Positions 42,792 to 64,000 of a stretch of 64,000 nucleotides of DNA are shown here, piece after piece. Source of the stretch: the human T2T-CHM13v2.0 reference genome, Homo sapiens; the NCBI GenBank assembly GCA_009914755.4, contig CP086569.2, positions 31,808,001 to 31,872,000 on the forward strand. The letters are read 5' to 3'. Numbering within the stretch: position 1 is the first letter of the stretch; every line of letters begins with the position of its first letter. The notes beneath the pieces were generated by a model, which saw nothing but the letters and a program-made list of their open reading frames with translations, had not been told where the DNA came from and searched no databases. A program made the translations under genes and the position numbers.

Positions 42792-43358
42792 ATATTTTTT
42801 AAATGAAAAAAAATTTCAAAGGTACTCTGCTTGGTACAATAATCAAATGTATAAACTGAGGAATAAAACATAACCATGAAACCTACTTATAACTGCATAT
42901 GGAAAATACAGAGGATAATTTTTTAAATAACATATTGTTAAAGCCTTAACTAGTAATTTGAAGAGTTGGCATTTGAAAGGCCAGTATGAATATACCTTCA
43001 CAGCAGCAACACAGGTTCCCCATGAGAAAAAGCAAACTCAGGGAAAATAAAACCACAAAGGTTCAATCTCTTCTGACCTTTGAAAGACACAGCACAGACA
43101 GTGGTCCTTAGGACGAAGAGCAGGAGACCCCTAATTCCGTCACCATGGCGATAGGGCATAAACATTGCTGGGTAAAGGCACAATCCACATTGTGAGGTCC
43201 AACTGCTGCCAGGAAGACAGGAGTGCTTTTAAATAGACCGAAAGGTCATTGAAGGCTCAGAGTTTTGTTTCAAGAACTGAATCCCAAGCCCACACGTTAT
43301 TAGGCTGCGCTTCTTAAAATAAGTTATGAGATGGGAAAAAGGGCACCCACAAACATAC
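42792..43358. other. Non-satellite, non-Alu spacer segment of the DYZ2-like unit (~565 bp, ~40% GC). Representative copy; recurs in every unit at about +2418n. Origin unknown.
   Basis: Complex sequence ('...aaatgtataaactgaggaataaaacataaccatgaaacctacttataactgcatatggaaaatacagagg...ccatggcgatagggcataaacattgctggg...aggtccaactgctgccaggaagacagg...') lies between the Alu end and the AT-core. It holds the only non-repeat ORF in the track (61 aa, minus strand, 42998-43183), which is judged non-coding. Confidence 0.6.
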
Positions 43359-57002
<13,644 letters not shown>

Positions 57003-57300
57003 TTTTTTTTTAGACAGAGTCTTGTCGTGTTGCACAGGGTGGGGTACAATGGCGCCATCTTTGCTCACTGCAACATCTGCCTCACTGGTCCAAGCGATTG
57101 TCCTCCCTCAGCCTCCCAGGTAGCTGGGACTACACCACACTGGGACTACACCAGCTGCCACCATGCCTAGCTAATTTTTTGGATTTTTAGTAGTGACAGC
57201 GTTTCACTGTATTGGCCAGGATGGTCTTGATCTCTTCACCTTGTGATCCCCTTGCCTTGGCCTCCAAATTTGCTGGGATTACAGGCCTGAGCCAAGATCC
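57003..57300 (-). mobile_element. Alu (minus orientation), copy in unit 7
   Basis: Same Alu. Private 'cctcactggtcc' and 'gtcttgtcgtgttgc'. Confidence 0.85.
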
Positions 57301-59422
57301 ATATTTTTTAAATGAAAAAAAATTTCAAAGGTACTCTGCTTGGTACAATAATCAAATGTATAAACTGAGGAATAAAACATAACCATGAAACCTACTTATA
57401 ACTGCATATGGAAAATACAGAGGATAATTTTTTAAATAACATATTTTGAAAGCCTTAACTAGTAATTTGAAGAGTTGGCATTTGAAAGGCCAGTATGAAT
57501 ATACCTTCAAAGCAGCAACACAGGTTCCCCATGAGAAAAAGCAAACTCAGGGAAAATAAAACCACAAAGGTTCAATCTCTTCTGACCTTTGAAAGACACA
57601 GCACAGACAGTGGTCCTTAGGACGAAGAGCAGGAGACCCCTAATTCCGTCACCATGGCGATAGGGCATAAACACTGCTGGGTGAGGGCACAATCCACATT
57701 GTGAGGTCCAACTGCTGCCAGGAAGACAGGAGTGCTTTTACATAGACGAAAAGGTCATTGAAGGCTCAGAGTTTTGTTTCAAGAACTGAATCCCAAGCCC
57801 ACACGTTATTAGGCTGCGCTTCTTAAAACAAGTTATGAGATGGGAAAAACGGCACCCACAGACATACGTATACATTATGTATATAATAATATACAGTATC
57901 ATATATATAATATATATAACCTATGTATAATATTGTTTTACATCCTGCATCTTATACTATATATATTGTATAAAATATAATAATTGATAATATATAAATT
58001 TTATATTTATACAATGTGACATATAGTATATATTATAATTTATGACATATATAATATATGTTATATATCATATATAGAATATATTATACGGTTAATATAC
58101 GTATTAAATATAAATTATACATTATATATATTATATATAATATATCTGTTATATATAATACCCATTATGCATAATATATATATTATGTCTATGTTATATA
58201 TAGTATAAAACAACATATAATAATATATAATTGTATATATAAAATGCAACATATAATATATATTATATTTTATGACATATGTAATATATATTATATATTA
58301 TATATAATACGTTGTATGTATAATACCTATAATAAATATATATTATAAGACTATGTTATTAATTACATGTCACATGTGTTATATATTATATATTTTACAT
58401 AGAATATACCGGTTACATACAATATATACTATGTTACCTATAATGTATAATTGATTACATGTAAAATAAAGAATGCAATATATTATGTATAATTTATAAT
58501 ATACAATATGTGGAATGTGATATATATAACATATAATATATGATATATGATATACAGTATATGATATATAACATAAAATATATGATACCTAATATATATG
58601 GTATACAATATATATTTTATGATATGTATTCTATATGTTTTATATTCTGTTATATATAACTATTTGAAATTATATATAACTGTATAATATTTTATGTAAA
58701 TATGTAATATAATATAAATAACTATATAATATATTATATATAAATACATATTATGTTATATATACTTTTATAACATAATTTACATAAAATATCATAATAT
58801 AATATATATTATATTATTTCTTATTACATAATATATATTACATATCACCCAATATAAGTAACATACATAATATTATAATATAGATTATATTATGTTATAT
58901 TAAATATCATATATATCATGTATCATATAATCTATAATACATATTATACATTATATAATATGTATGTTGTCTATTATGTGATATATATAACTATATATAT
59001 AATTATATTATTATACATATAACTAGATAAACATGTAATTCTACATATTTTCATTTATAATGTATAGAATTATATAATCATATGTAATTATTTATATTCT
59101 ATAAAAAATTATATCATTATATAAATTATAATATATAAAAATTATAATATGTACTACAAATATATATATTATATATCATATATGATATAGTACCTTTGTT
59201 ATATATCATAATACATATAAATGTTTATTATGTTATCTATAATTATATAATTTCATATATAAGATGTATAATATTTATTATATATTATATATGTTATGTA
59301 ATATATATACTATATATTAGATGACACAGGATAAATATTATATACTATGACATATAAAATATATGAGGTTATATGTTACATATAAGGCATAGCACATAAC
59401 ATGTAATATATATCATCTATAA
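57003..59422. repeat. DYZ2-like unit 7 (2420 bp)
   Basis: Alu poly-T starts at 57003. Confidence 0.8.

Positions 59423-64000
<4,578 letters not shown>

Noticed and set aside
42998-43183. 61-aa ORF in the DYZ2 spacer as a real CDS
   Set aside because: Its conservation is explained by recent array homogenization. The substitutions seen are all non-synonymous, it has no recognisable motifs, and it is embedded in heterochromatic satellite. It is kept only as a low-interest finding.

Overview
The window contains no protein-coding genes and no prokaryotic-type system. It is tandemly repeated primate satellite DNA, almost certainly from human Y-chromosome Yq12 heterochromatin, crossing a boundary between two satellite arrays.

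(1) Positions 1 to ~41743 are human satellite III, a (GGAAT)n/(CATTC)n-derived pentamer satellite. The + strand reads 'aatggaatgg...'. It is organised as a higher-order repeat (HOR) with a 3528-3579 bp period, present as 11 complete copies plus one truncated copy. Each copy carries a single HaeIII (GGCC) site. This matches the classical DYZ1 3.56-kb repeat.

(2) Positions ~41744 to 64000 are a 2416-2420 bp tandem repeat, about 9.5 copies. Each unit is built from a ~300-bp Alu on the minus strand, a ~565-bp non-satellite spacer and a ~1.55-kb extremely AT-rich core. This architecture and period match DYZ2 (HSat1B).

The DYZ1-to-DYZ2 junction is visible at ~41741-41746. The first DYZ2 unit after it carries an internal ~770-bp deletion. 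Both arrays show internal structure: a ~10.7-kb three-HOR segmental duplication in DYZ1, a 7.26-kb three-unit duplication in DYZ2, mosaic HOR haplotypes, a length-variable pure-pentamer tract, and more divergent units at the array edges.

Every ORF in the supplied track is an artefact of translating simple repeats. Examples are MEWNGMEWN and IPFHSIPFH from the pentamers, and a 61-aa frame in the DYZ2 spacer. The findings here are structural and evolutionary features of the arrays. Identification rests on motif and period recognition by eye. No alignments or database searches were run.
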